Shown: piece by piece, positions 1 through 12,200 of the stretch | Layout of the letters: each line of letters starts with the position of its first letter | How positions within the stretch are numbered: position 1 is the stretch's first letter | Assembly: GCF_018977255.1 (NCBI RefSeq) | Contig: NW_024704756.1 | Location: 1 to 64,000 of the forward strand | Source of the DNA: Callorhinchus milii | Lineage: Eukaryota | DNA length: 64,000 nucleotides | Direction: 5' to 3' | The notes under the pieces: generated by a model | Told to the model about the DNA's origin: nothing | Database searches by the model: none | What the model saw: only the letters and a program-made list of their open reading frames with translations | Made by a program: the position numbers and the translations under genes

Positions 1-208
1 GGTGACAATGAGTGGCGGCAACGTGTTCGTGGGGCACACTTGGTAAGGGGCCGGACCAAAGGACACCAGTTTGTGCACCTTTTTAGCCTTGGAGTCTGCG
101 GGGGCATTCCCAGCAGCACGAATCCCAGTGCGAGCGTGACCTGGAATCTCCCCCACATAAAGTGGGGCAGAGCGGTGTTGCAACAATTCAATCATTGCCT
201 TTAGTAAA

Positions 209-832
209 CGAGCCGAGCTGTGAGCTGAGCTGAGCCGAGCTGTGAGCTGAGCTGTGAGCCGAGCTGAGCTGTGAGTTGAGCTGTGAGCCGAGCTGTGAGC
301 TGAACTGAGCTGTGAGCTGAGCTGTGGGCTGAGCTGAGCTGTGAACTGAGCTGAGCTGTGAGCTGAGCTGTGAGCTGAGCTGTGAACTGAGCTGTGAGCT
401 GAGCTGAGCTGTGGGCTGAGCTGAGCTGTGAACCGAGCTGTGAGCTGAACTGAGCTGTGAGCTGAGCTGAGCTGTGAACTGAGCTGTGAGCTGAGCCGAG
501 CTGTGAGCTGAGCTGTGAGCTGAGCTGAGCTGTGAACCGAGCTGTGAGCTGAACTGACCTGTGAGCTGAGCTGAGCTGTGAGCTGAGCTGTGAGCTGAGC
601 TGAGTTGAACTGAGCTGTGAGCTGAGCGCTGAGCTGAGCTGTGAGCTGAACTGAGCTGTGAGCTGAGCTGAGCTGTGAGCTGAGCTGTGAGCTGAACTGA
701 GCTGTGAGCTGAGCTGTGGGCTGAGCTGAGCTGTTAATTGAGCTGAGCTGTGAGCGCTGAGCTGAGCTGTGAGCTGAGCTGTGAGCTGAGCTGCGGGCTG
801 AGCTGTGAGCTGAGCTGTGAGCTTTGAGCTGA
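209..832. repeat. (GAGCT/GAGCTGT)n minisatellite inside the RNase H coding region
   Basis: About 620 bp of mixed 5- and 7-bp units sharing the AGCT core; flanked on both sides by RNase H coding sequence. Confidence 0.97.
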
Positions 833-2134
833 GGTGAGTGGCGGCCACCGAACTGCTGAATTGAGAAGGTGTGACATCGGCTAAACCAGTGAACGCTTTC
901 CCATCGACATAATAAGAAGAGCCTTCAATGTACACATCATTGACAACACCAGTTTCGGTGGACTCCAAAGGGAGTTTGTTTACACCGGACTCAGAGAAGT
1001 TAATACACGGCAAACGGACACATGTGAGGGACACCGGAGTATCACAACATTTGGGAAATTAAAGTGGTGGGACCCGTAACAACAGATATATCGCGATCAA
1101 CGAGTGTTAATGCCCACTTTGTAAGACGTTGCGAAGATACGAGGGTATTTCCCGGGTGCAAAAGCAATTTAACCGGTGTGTGAGGAGAGTGGAGAACAGT
1201 CTTTTGTGACCCGATGATATACTGGAACGTGGTGATGGCCCAACACACGGTTAGTCAGTGACGATCTCATGCGTCAAATTGTTCTTCGACCCCAATAAGT
1301 ATACGGGAAATGTACGCAATGGCATATACTTACCATCTGGAGGTTGGGTTAAAACGGCGGCGATGGGAGAGTGACCTCTGGTACCTCTGAATGGAAAGGG
1401 GAGTGAGGATCGGGGCACTGCCGAGATGTGGTTTGTATAACGGCTTATTTTAAATAGGAGACGGCACAGGTCTGTGACTCATCCCAAAGCTGCGTGAAAT
1501 CATCGTTAATGTCTGATTTAAGGCCGTACAATGGTTTAGCGAGTTCAGCAAATTGCGGTAAAAATCGTCGCTGATACCCAACTAACCCGAGAAAAGAGCG
1601 CAGAGCAGTGTTAGTAACGGGGAAACCTTGTGTTCATCGGGAGAGACTCTAGTAGCATTGAGTTCGATACCGAGGAGAAGGGAACAGAGGGAACACATAA
1701 CATGGCCTTTGTCAGATTTAATTTTAAACCATCGTGACTAAGATGCAGCAAAACAGAGCGTAGCGCAGTTTGGTGTACACTCTCAGTATCAGTGGCGATG
1801 AGGATATCATCAACATATTGCAACACTGCAGTACCAGGAGGTCACACAATATCCTCCAAAACACCACCATTCGGTTATGGACAATAGTGGGAGAGTTATG
1901 GAATCCCTGTGGTAAAACAGTCCAAGTATATTGATGACCATTAAAGGTAAATGCAAACTTGTACTGATCATCTGCTTCACAGGGATACTCCAAAACCCAT
2001 TTGAAATATCAAGAGTGGAAAAATATTTCACATGTTGCGGCACAACTTTCAGGGGTTGATTTAAATCGCTGACAACGGGGGCACAGGCAGGGGTGACTTT
2101 ATTAAGTTGCCGATAGTCAATGGTAAGACTCCAG

Positions 2135-2219
2135 AACCCATCAGGCTTCCTAACCCATCAGGCTTCCTAACCCATCAGGCTTCCTAACCCATCAGGCTTC
2201 CTAACCCATCAGGCTTCCT
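2135..2219. repeat. 17-bp tandem repeat x5 (AACCCATCAGGCTTCCT) in RT
   Basis: Five perfect copies of the RKPDG-encoding segment; the extra 68 bp shift the frame. Confidence 0.97.
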
Positions 2220-2939
2220 AACCGGCCAAACAGGGGAGTTGGTGGTGAAAGAACCTTCTCCCTGTTGTATTAAACTGTCAATAGTGGATTGAACTGCGGG
2301 AATACTCTCCTTAAGAAGGGGATATTGTTTACAGGGAGAATGAGTGGGGCCGGTAACCTCCTCTTCGTCAGTCAAACGGCCACAATCATGTTTGTGGGTG
2401 GCCACTGCCATGGGAAACTCATCAAGCAATTGGCTCCACAGCAACGGAGTTTTAATGGGGGGGGGGGGGATTCGATTAGGTTCCTTAATAGCCCATACAG
2501 CATAGCATACCTGTCCCAAACCGTAACACATTCATTGCCGCCTTTGTCATCAGATAACCAAACACATCGGTAAGTATAATCAACAACAGCTCCCGGGAAA
2601 CCAGCCCGACCCCCCGAGAATTCCTGATTCGGTTAAATCCTGACTGCAATAGGTCGTGACAACGTGATATGATGCCCGAACACAAGAACAGACAATGGTC
2701 GTAAAACCTGACTGTACAGTACCTGACCTGAAACCCCATTGAAGTCAATCTCTTCGTCAGTAGAAGGGGGAAATTGATTAATATTACTAAGTTGAATAAA
2801 GGCAGCAGTAGACCCAGAGTCCACCAACATTTTGTGTGTGACTCCGTCCACCGAAATTTTAATGAAAGGCCGGGTTCCCCGGTGGTTGTAAAATGGGACG
2901 CAAAACGGACTTATACTGACTATTCTTTCTGCTCCCCCT

Positions 2940-4600
2940 TTCGAGCAATCTGGTGACCAATGCCCCCTCCTACCGCACGTGAAACAAGCGCCAATTTTAG
3001 TACGAATTGGGGCCTGATTCCGCTTTGCCCTGTGTCGGACTCCATCAACAGCAATGCACTCATATTCCTGTACTGCTGAACAGTTGTCCGGCTCCATCTT
3101 AACAGTTTTTTGGATGGCCCCATGGCAGCGGACAGCAATTCCCATTAGTTGGTCCCAGGGGGTATTAGGGTCTATACCTACTCCGATAGCCACACCAGTC
3201 TTTTTGTTCAGACGACCCAACCAATATTTTTTATATCTGGTTGACGCCCGACACTGTCCACGGTCCATCACTTGTTCCTGGCTTTCAGCATACAGGGGCG
3301 ATAACCTCGAATGAAAAGACTGAGGTCCCTCCTGAGTGGTTTGCCGACATAGGGTCAAATCCTGGGTAGTGTCTGTATACCTGCGCAGAATTTATGTGAC
3401 GGCTATTTCCAATGGCCCTAACCGTCCACCTAACACGGCCGGATCAAGGGACCCCCTCAAATCCATACCCATCATCGCTTTTAGCACCTGGATTTTGTCA
3501 TTATCCCTAAGGTGAGGATTGTCATCCTTCCACATCCCCCACCTACGGGTCCATGTTAGCCACGAATAGCCAGGGGTGAGCTTTGGACCAGGCTGAGCGC
3601 AGTGGGCATTTACGTCTACAGGGGTAAGGTTGTTGTCAGTCCCACCGAAATTCCCTCCAGCGGTTAATCTCCGCGTGGTTATTATCGGGCAGACTGTACC
3701 AGTCTCATCCTCATCTTCCGAGTACTTAAACTGCATAGCCTCATCGTTCAAATCTCCCCACTCGGGACCCTCACTATTGATGCCGCAAACGACAGATACC
3801 AATTGACGAGAGCGTTTTTTCCGAATGGTTTCCTGGCCGGTCGCCTTGCGGAATTTATCTAACTCCACCCGCTCCCTTCTACCTATCTCTTGAATGCACA
3901 AAGCACCCCTTCCAGTCCTGGTTCTCTCGCATGACCGAACTCAATTCCTCTCTGAGGCAAATGTTTTCTTCTTCCAGGTCTCCAGCCTGTTTCACCCTAA
4001 TATTTGTTAAGGTTATGGTGCTGGTGAGGTGATTGACCTGATCCCTCAGTATCCCATTATGTTGCTCGTTTAACTTCAGTTTTTCCTGGACTTTGTGTAA
4101 GTGTTGTTTGTAATCGTTACACTGACTCTGCGCAGCTTGAAGTTTAGTTTCCTGAGTGGTGCAATTTTGTTGCGCCTATTGGCAACTCCGCATCATCCAA
4201 TATTTCAAAAGTATCTTTTTACCCTTCTTTCCCAACCTCCTCAGCCTTCCCAACCTCCTCAGTCTTCCCAACCTCCTCAGCCTTCCCAACCTCCTCAGCC
4301 TTCCCAACCTCCTCAGCCTTCCCAACCTCCTCAGCCTTCCCAACCTCCTCAGCCTTCCCAACCTCCTCAGCCTTCCCAACCTCCTCAGCCTTCCCAACCT
4401 CCTCAGCCTTCCCAACCTCCTCAGCCTTCCCAATTCCTCAGCCGCTAAACACAATTGTTCAAACCCTCTGCAGATCGATGGACCGCATCATCAGGTATAT
4501 ATATCATTGTCGCTAGCGCCAAGTTTCAATTCCTTAACACGCTCTACTAATTCCTTCTCCATCTGGAGAGTCCACTCCAGAGGACCGTCCATAGCTCCAA
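2940..4600 (-). pseudogene. gag: Degenerate gag with N-terminal coiled-coil region and one CCHC zinc knuckle
   Basis: Heptad-rich helical segment (QETKLQAAQSQCNDYKQHLHKVQEKLKLNEQHNGILRDQV), ORFs 3392..3901 and 2633..3358 ending in the CCHC knuckle just before the protease. Confidence 0.75.
4229..4444. repeat. 18-bp tandem repeat, about 12 copies (TTCCCAACCTCCTCAGCC), in gag
   Basis: Near-perfect copies; reads (RLRRLG)n on the minus strand. Confidence 0.97.
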
Positions 4601-4716
4601 ACTGTGATGCTTAACCCCTTTCTGAATCACCCACTCGAAAGCTGGGGATCGTACTTGAGGATCGATTTATTCAACTTATGTCAGAGACGAGACAACCTAC
4701 GGGGTTATACTGACTT

Positions 4717-4733
4717 TCCTGCCGACTACGCCG
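4717..4733 (-). promoter_or_regulatory. Primer binding site, tRNA-Ser
   Basis: Plus strand TCCTGCCGACTACGCCG matches the vertebrate tRNA-Ser 3' end TCCTGCCGACTACGCCA at 16/17; it lies 3 nt from the putative LTR end. Confidence 0.85.
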
Positions 4734-4736
4734 AAT

Positions 4737-5322
4737 TGTAAAGAATTCAGACGAGACAAAAGCTAATTCAATTTAATATAAATTTAGTTTTTCCCGAGGT
4801 CAACTCTACCGTAACCCATACCATTTATCTATTTGTTTATCCTGCTTCTCTCTTCAGATGTTAACCACATAGTTTCACATTCCTTCTCATCATAAACATA
4901 CCTGAGCAAGAAATGATACATATCAATCAAGTCAACTGTCAAAACATTCTGACATGAAACTATAGGGGAAAATACTGTTTTGCAACAAAGCTAGAGAGCA
5001 AACATTCAATTTAAAAGTATATATGTTAGAGAACTTCTGTTATATGTAAAATACATGCTAACACAGCATGCAAATTTTCATCTTAACAAAATATAAAAAA
5101 TAAGGTTACAATATCCTGATAACTACACTATATGGTTAATATTTAACAAAGCTTAACACAAGTATGTATACATTCCCATGAAGAAGTATTCACCCTGGAT
5201 GCTTCCCACTCTAATGGCAAGACATTAGACTAAGATCGAGGCTGACTGTTCAGACAGACATTAAAGATCACACACCATTATTCAAAAAGCAAAATAATCT
5301 TAACGGCAATCGGCAGGTTACA
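4737..5322 (-). repeat. Putative 5' LTR of the left ERV
   Basis: Termini TGTAA...TTACA, adjacent to the PBS, ATTAAA near its 3' end. The outer boundary is uncertain (alternative TTACA at 5110) and the partner LTR is outside the window. Confidence 0.5.
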
Positions 5323-5379
5323 GATTGTCCATTCAGAGGATGGTTATTTGGGAAAATCAAAAAAATCTGAAAGATGGAA

Positions 5380-5860
5380 AATCAATGATGTCAAAGTAAT
5401 ATCTATCTAGTTAAACACTACCAATGCTCGAGAAGTGTAGAAGATTTTTTTAAATTTGCAGATCCAGGCTACATTGTTTATTATATACCAAGGTTCATAA
5501 GCAAATACCAGGGAACATTGCATAAACAGCTTATAATGTTGATTTCATAATAGTTACGGTTCTCTCAGTGCAATATTTAGTTTGCAACTTTTGACAACAA
5601 ATAGGCAAATAGTGATCACAGGGAAATGCTACTAATAACTAAACAGAACTATCTGCAGGAATAGAAAATATACTAATATCCAGTGCACATGTGGGAGTGA
5701 CATCTACGAAGGAAGCTGGGGAAAAAAAAGGAAATTAATTCATGTCAGTATCACATCCGTGATGTCGACAAGTAGATATGCCATTGACACCGGGTAGCGA
5801 ATCACACATTTTGAAAGACCGCAGTTTCTCCAGCACAAAACCACTGTCACTAATAAATTA
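5380..5860 (-). pseudogene. GPR139-like GPCR pseudogene (truncated exon 2)
   Basis: Splice acceptor, then NLLVTVVLCWRNCGLSKCVIRYPVSMA...ICCQKLQTKYCTER...EPWYIINNVAWIC with stops and indels; clear paralogue of 16206-17110. Confidence 0.85.
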
Positions 5861-5886
5861 CTGCAAGGGAAAAAACACCATTAATG

Positions 5887-6205
5887 ATAATAATAATAAT
5901 CCTTGCATTTGATATAGCGCCTATCACGTCTTCTTGACGTCTCAAAGCGCCTCACAGAATATGCTGTAAAGTGAATTGACTGTATGTTTGTGGGCGAACG
6001 CGGCAGCCAATTGCGCACAGCAATGTACCACAAACAGTCGTGGATTGAAAATGACCTATTTATTATTGTTTTGTTTTGGAGGGATTATTATTAGGTGTGT
6101 GGAGTAAGGAAACAGTAAGGCCCAAGGTTTCACTCTGCCGGGAATCGAACCCAGGTCTCTCACTTGCAAAGCGAGTGCTCTAACCACTGAGCTACAGGAC
6201 TCCAC
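5887..6205 (-). mobile_element. tRNA(Ala)-derived SINE, full length
   Basis: Head GGAGTCCTGTAGCTCAGTGGTTAGAGCAC with A/B boxes, conserved core GCTGTGCGCAATTGGCTGCC, L2-like tail and (TTA)n end. Confidence 0.92.
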
Positions 6206-8583
6206 ATTGTTGAGTCTTCACCAAAAGTATCTTTCAACAAAATATGTAATTTGTTTTCAAAAGATTAAAAGCAAATTAATTCTTTCTCCTGGTCACCGCA
6301 GCAGGGACTCTTCCCACTTAGCTCTCATGAACCTTGCAAGCCAAACTCCCAATGGGCGGGTTAGTGGTAGCTCGAAAAAGCAATGGAAAAACAATGCTTC
6401 TTAATGGCAAGCCATGCAGTTTTAGCTGGTCAGACTTCAGCAGTTACCTCAACATACACTTTTAGATCCCCAAGCCGTGGCTCTTGATAAACCAGTCCCT
6501 GATACTCTTCAGAGTTAGTAAACATGATTTTTTTCCTCCTGAGAAAGCGTACACATTCAATTTCACCAATGGATCTCCCCCATATGATGAGTTTGGCATG
6601 TATCAGGCACCCAGCACCCAATGAAACATTGATCGGTTAAAGATTTGTTTGAATAAGAAGGTTGGATTTCCGAACTTGCAATACAAATAAGTGAGTGAAT
6701 GTTTTATTTTATTTTGCAGTCCAAAAAAGTTTCTTTCTGTTCTTTGAAATTTGCAGCAAAGATTTTCTTCACTTAGAACATAGTCCCGACCCAACTGTCC
6801 AGCACCTTGGGACGTCCTCCCTACGTGAAAGGCGCTCTATAAATGAAATCTTATTATTGTTGTTGTTGCTAATGTTTAAACTTATTTTGACTGAGGCTGA
6901 ATTGATATAATTATTCAAACTGGACCTGAGTAAACTTAAGAGTCATACACATGCGATACATATCAGTAAATTTTGATTAATAGTAAATGATCATTTAATG
7001 GTGCAGGTAATAATAATCAATAACAATCCTTGCCGTTGGTATGTTGCATTTCATGTCAGGAGATCCCCTCAAAACTTTTAACATGATTGACTGTGAAGTG
7101 TAGTATTTAACTGTGTATTTTGTGGGCAAATGCAGCAGGTCAATTTGTGAGCAACAACGTCCCAGAAACAAAATAATTCTATCCAAAGGATTGGTTGGCA
7201 GAACACCAGGAGGGAGAAACTCACTGCTCATATTGAGTAATTGGGAGGGATCTTCATCATCTATCTGAACAGCCAGAAAACCTGATTTAACATCTCATGC
7301 AAAGGAAGACACCTTGAACAATGCAACAGAGCCCAGCAGTGCACTCGCATATTATCTCAGACAACGTGATTCCAAGTCCCAATGTGGGGTTTGAACACAC
7401 AACATTCTGACTGAATAACCTCAACAACTTGCAGCTGTATAATGCCCCTCACTTGTGGCAGTGTCTCAGAATGCTTAGTGAAAGATATATGCAGCCAAAT
7501 AATGCTGGATTATGCTACAGAGAAAAGGTTCAATAGCAAACTTTTTATCCACGTTTCTCTTAGTAGCGTTATTAATAACAAAAACAATAATCATCCTTGC
7601 ATTTGATATAGCGTCTGATCACGTTGTCCATTTTATGGGTGAGACGAGACAGCTTGTTTGTGCACAGAAACCTTCCACAAACAGCCATAGAGAGAGCGAT
7701 CAAATTTCTTCGGGGCAGGGAGCAACTGTATTCACTTTGTGTATGATGCTTTGAGATCTTCAATTTCCACCTCAACAGGCGGTTTGGTTTTACATCTCAT
7801 CTCCGACAATGCACACTCCCATCACTGCATTGGATTGCCATCTTACACTACGTGATTCCAAGTACCAATGTGGAGCTTGAACCCAAATGTTTCTGACTCA
7901 GACGCCAGAGAGCTGCCACTAAGCCAGGTGGACACACCCTGTGGAACTCCATCCTGGAATTCCTCTGCCTGGCCCTCTCTCTTGCTCCTTCAAGGTCTAT
8001 CTCAAAGTCTTCCTCTTTCAAATACCCCCGATCCCACTGCACTTGATTCCATCCCAATATGAACTGAGCTATATAAATGTAATGTGTAGCTGCTATTGTA
8101 TTGCGTGAGTGTATGTGAGGTGTCTTCAATTAAAATTAGCGCTCGTACATAAATGGTGCCACTATAACCAACACCTTGGCTGATCTGACATTTCTATTGG
8201 ATGGTATTTCCTCTGGCTGGAGCCCAGCCTGGGCTGCTCCAGAAACTCTCCTCCAGGAATCTTGGACAGTGACACATGTACTGTGCTGAATGCAAGTGCT
8301 GATCTTCCCGGCCACGCAGGCAACAACAACTTGCATTTGTGTAGCACCCTTCACCGCATTAGAGTGCTTTGGGTGCTTTCCGACTGATGCAACCCAACTT
8401 GGAGAGCGACCCTGCCTGGTTGGCATCAATGTCATGTAGGATGGAAACCAAGGATTTCAAGGATACTGTCCAGGATGAGATTGTGGAGTGCATTGGAGAG
8501 CGTGGACATTTTGAAGGACAAGGTTGGTCAGGACACCGGGAAAAGCTCCCTTCTCTTTTCAAATAGTTTGGATCGTTAATGTC

Positions 8584-9232
8584 AACAACAACAACAACAA
8601 AATTACATTTATAGAGTGCCTTTCATGTTGGGAGGACATACCAAAGCGCTGAACAGTCAGGTGTCGGGGCCCCAGTATGGGGGAGGGGTGTTGTAGGGGG
8701 GAGGGTTGGGGTAGGGGGGAGGGAAGGCAGAGAGGTGGGAGGGAGGCCAAAGGCACGGTCAAAGAGAAAGGTCTTGAGACTGACCTTGAAGGAGGCGAGG
8801 GGAGGAAGCGAGGTGAAGGGACCGTGGGATGGAGTTCCAGAGTGTGGGGGCAGAGAGGCTGAAAGCTCGGCCACCGATGGTAGGGCGGGTCGGGCGGGAG
8901 ACATGGAGCAGCCGGAGCCTGGTGAACAGAGGGAGCGGGCAGGTTGGTAGGGAGTCAGCAGGTCAGAGAGGAGGAGGGGGCAAGGCCATGGATGGCCTTA
9001 AAGGTGAGGATGAGGATCTTGAACTCGATCCTCGGGGGGATGGGGAGCCAGTGAGGTCGGGCGAGGGTGGGAGTGATGGGGTCGCGAAGCCTGTTGCGTG
9101 AGAGTACATGAGCTGCAGAGTATGGGATAATCTGCAGCTTGTGAAGGGAAGAGTTGGGAAGGCTGATAAGGAGGGAGTTTCCGTATTGAAGCCTTGAGGT
9201 GACGAATGCCTGGGTGAGGGTTTCAGCAGCCT
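8584..9232 (-). mobile_element. L2-type LINE 3' fragment
   Basis: AETLTQAFVTSRLQYGNSLL...LHKLQ...HWLPIPPRIEFKIL, typical of the L2 RT C-terminus; (GTT)n tail. Confidence 0.88.
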
Positions 9233-12200
9233 GAATACACAGACAGGACCACTCAGGCCCCGACACCTGACTGTTCAACGCCTTGGGACGTCCTCCCAAC
9301 GTGAAAGGCACTCTATAAATGTAATTTTGTTGTTGTTAACGTCTAAACGAGGGATGGCTCTGCTAATGGAATTCACCCCAAGTACTGTGTTGAAGTTTAG
9401 ACCATGTGTATTCAAATCCTAATGTGGGATTTGAACCCACAATTTCTGACTCAGAGGCAAAACAACAACAACAACAAAATTATATTTGTAGAGTGTTGAA
9501 GTGCTACCAGTAAGCTGGGCTGACACACACTAGCCGTCCAAATGTATTGCAATTGTTTAAAATGAATTCTGATACTAAACTATGCCAACCACCCGAAGCC
9601 AGAAAAAAGATATTGACCCTGAAGTAATTCAAACACACAACATTCTGATCTGGAGTCAGATACACTACTGTTGTGCCACGAAGTCTTGTATTCCACTTTC
9701 CACAGAAACATACATTTAATTCCAATGCTTCGGTCAGATTGTCACAATATTTATTTGAACATCTTCAGCAATGAATATAATAAACCTATATTTGAAGAAT
9801 GATTGTTTTTTCCGTAACCCTCAGTATGTTTAGTTTTGGTGTTGACTCAACTTCTCAGTTGGTAGATTTCTTTTCGAAGGAAAAAAAAAGGAGTTTTAGA
9901 ATGCTGTTGGATATCATTGGAAGTAGATGGCTGCATAAATTCAACAGTTAATTCTCCAGTAGGCACGCAGCATCCTTGATTGGAGGATTGTGCTGACATA
10001 ACTGTATTGATTTCATGTTGAAAATGAAAACAATAATAATCCTCGCATTGGGATTTCCAAAATGCTTCATGAGATGCTGTGTGGTGAATTCCCAATGCAT
10101 TGGGAACTTAAATGCAGTGCTGGGGATTGCAATGTAAGAGGTTCCAACCTTCATATTAATAGATATTAAAGATCCCATAGCAGGATTCAAAACAGAAGGG
10201 AGTTCCTCTCTCCCAATGTTCTGGCCAACAATCATCCAGATAACCTTGGTCATTCATTCCTTGTGTTTGTGGGACATAGGTGTGGACAAGCTGACTTTCA
10301 CTCACAAAATACGCTGTATATTTTGTGGGCAAAACCCTGCAGCCAATTGCGCACAACAGTGTCCCATGAACAGTCATAACTTTTTTGTTGTTGTTTATTT
10401 TTTGAAAGCATTATTATCATCTCTGGCTGAGAGATCGGAAATATTTTTGCGTGCGACTGACAGCAATCATTTTTGTTCTCTGTGGTTCATCATGCTCCAA
10501 GCGAAAAGAGCATTGATGACCTGAATAGCTGCTATTTGCCCGTCCCACTATATTTTTGAGCTTGTTGGTATGTACCCCACACAGAGTTAGTAAAAATCTA
10601 GCGTCTGTTCAGGTTGAGAATTCCCTTTTATCACAAGGCAATTCCGCCAGGGTTCTCACCCTATTACACTATTAATATTACACTAATGAAAAATAGTACT
10701 GAATTTAAATGCAACCCATTAACATGTCTGCGTCACATTTTATTAATGTGCGAAAAAGTTTGAATCTTCTGAAATTGTTTCCTGTGAGTCGTGGATATGG
10801 GGCAGGCCGGTATAATTGTTGAAAAACACTAAACTCCATCATCAGTTGCAACAGGAACAAGTTTCAACAACAAGAACTTTTATTTGTACAGCATCATTCA
10901 TACAGGAAAGCGTCTCTGAACAGTTTATCACGATTTGAGATGAGAAACATTTCAGTCTGGATAAGCTCGTTTTTCTGTTACGAAAGGAAACCAAACCGGT
11001 TGTTGTTTGTACATATCCGTTAACAATGGTCCTTTTTCATTCGTTGAAGATTACATACGTCTTGTGTTCACGTCAGAAATTGGATATCTCGTAACTGGTG
11101 ATGCACAAGTTTTCAAATATTTATGTGTTTTCCACACTGTTTTCACAGACACCATGTCTCCAGTCATGGCCGAGGATTTTGGTTGCATGAGAGTCCAGCT
11201 GCAAAATGCTGTGAGGAGGGATTGGATCTTGTGCAGATTTGGAGTCCAACACCTTCACTATTCAGCCAGCGTAGCTACAGTTGATCATTCCATGAACAAA
11301 TATTTTCCCAAACCCTCTCCCACATGCCTTTCTAATATCTCCATCCTTCTATCTTCCCACTGCCTCTGTTCTGAACGCCTCCTCATATTTGGTGGCTTCG
11401 AACGCAGCTTCACTACTTCATACTCCACCTCCGCTGACTTCTCCTCCCGTCGCTTCTCTGACAACCTTTCCCTCAACATCAACTCTGCTACCAACTTCCA
11501 TGGCCATCCGCTTAATTAGTTGATTACCAGACTCCTCAGCATCTCGGACATCAGCATCATCAACAAAGTGGTATCGCACCAATATTTCATCTCCATTAAT
11601 TCCTCCACCTCCTTCCCCGCATCCAACCAATGTCTATCTCCTGCTGCTCCTGGATAAAGTCTCCCCACACTCCCTATCTGCTGTACTGGAGTCATCTGAA
11701 CTCCTACCCCTCTGGGTCTCCTCCAACAGCAACCTATCGTCCTCAGTCACTCTCCTTCACAACACCCTCTCCAGCACTCTTGATGCCCTCGCCCAACACA
11801 CCTCTCAAACTGCCTTCTATTTACGCAAGGCACCCAAGTACACCAACCACCTCCGCTCAATCAAACCATAGGTATCGAACATAAATGCCTCAAATCCAAC
11901 TTAATGTTCCATCGGCAAACCTGGCAGGCTTAAATCAAAACCTACATCCCCACCCCCGCCTCTTCTAAATTATCCTACTGCAAAATAATCTTGCGCAATC
12001 ATAGTATTCTCTTCTCCACCACAAGACAGCTCCTTCTCCCACCTTCTCATGCCTTGCCCATCCTCTCCTCCAACTCCAAATCGAGGAGATACTGGCAACT
12101 TGAGTCCAAAATTGAAGGGATCCATATAGCAGTCTCCATTCTCTCCAACTGTCACCCTCTCCCAGCCACCCCTCACACTCTGGCCCCGGCCTTTTCCTTC

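Larger units (their letters stand above)
1..2900 (-). pseudogene. pol: Degenerate pro-pol (protease, RT, tether, RNase H)
   Basis: ORF pieces 2633..3358 (3' part), 2184..2531, 1810..2043, 1724..1993, 1611..1826, 1042..1248 and 201..1034 carry consecutive pol motifs in shifting frames. Confidence 0.88.
1..5322 (-). mobile_element. Defective endogenous retrovirus-like element (LTR-PBS-gag-pro-RT-tether-RNase H) running off the left edge; possibly lokiretrovirus/spuma-related
   Basis: Minus-strand motifs in order: CCHC knuckle CFTCGRRGHWSPDC, protease LVDSGS, RT NSPVWPVRKPDG / LDISNGFWSIP / YTWTVLPQGFHNSP / QYVDD, tether VSSQRLTKW, RNase H VYIEGSS and IPGHARTGIRAAGNAPADSKAK. PBS at 4717-4733. 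Many stops and frameshifts. Confidence 0.9.

Noticed and set aside
209-832. A true immunoglobulin switch region
   Set aside because: No Ig constant exons nearby, and the array is embedded in retroviral RNase H; kept only as a resemblance.
201-1034. 277-aa S/A/Q/L-rich ORF as a novel protein
   Set aside because: It is RNase H N-terminus plus a stop-poor repeat, has no ATG start and sits in a dead pol.
2135-4444. Tandem arrays as CRISPR-like
   Set aside because: Head-to-tail units with no spacers, in a eukaryotic context.
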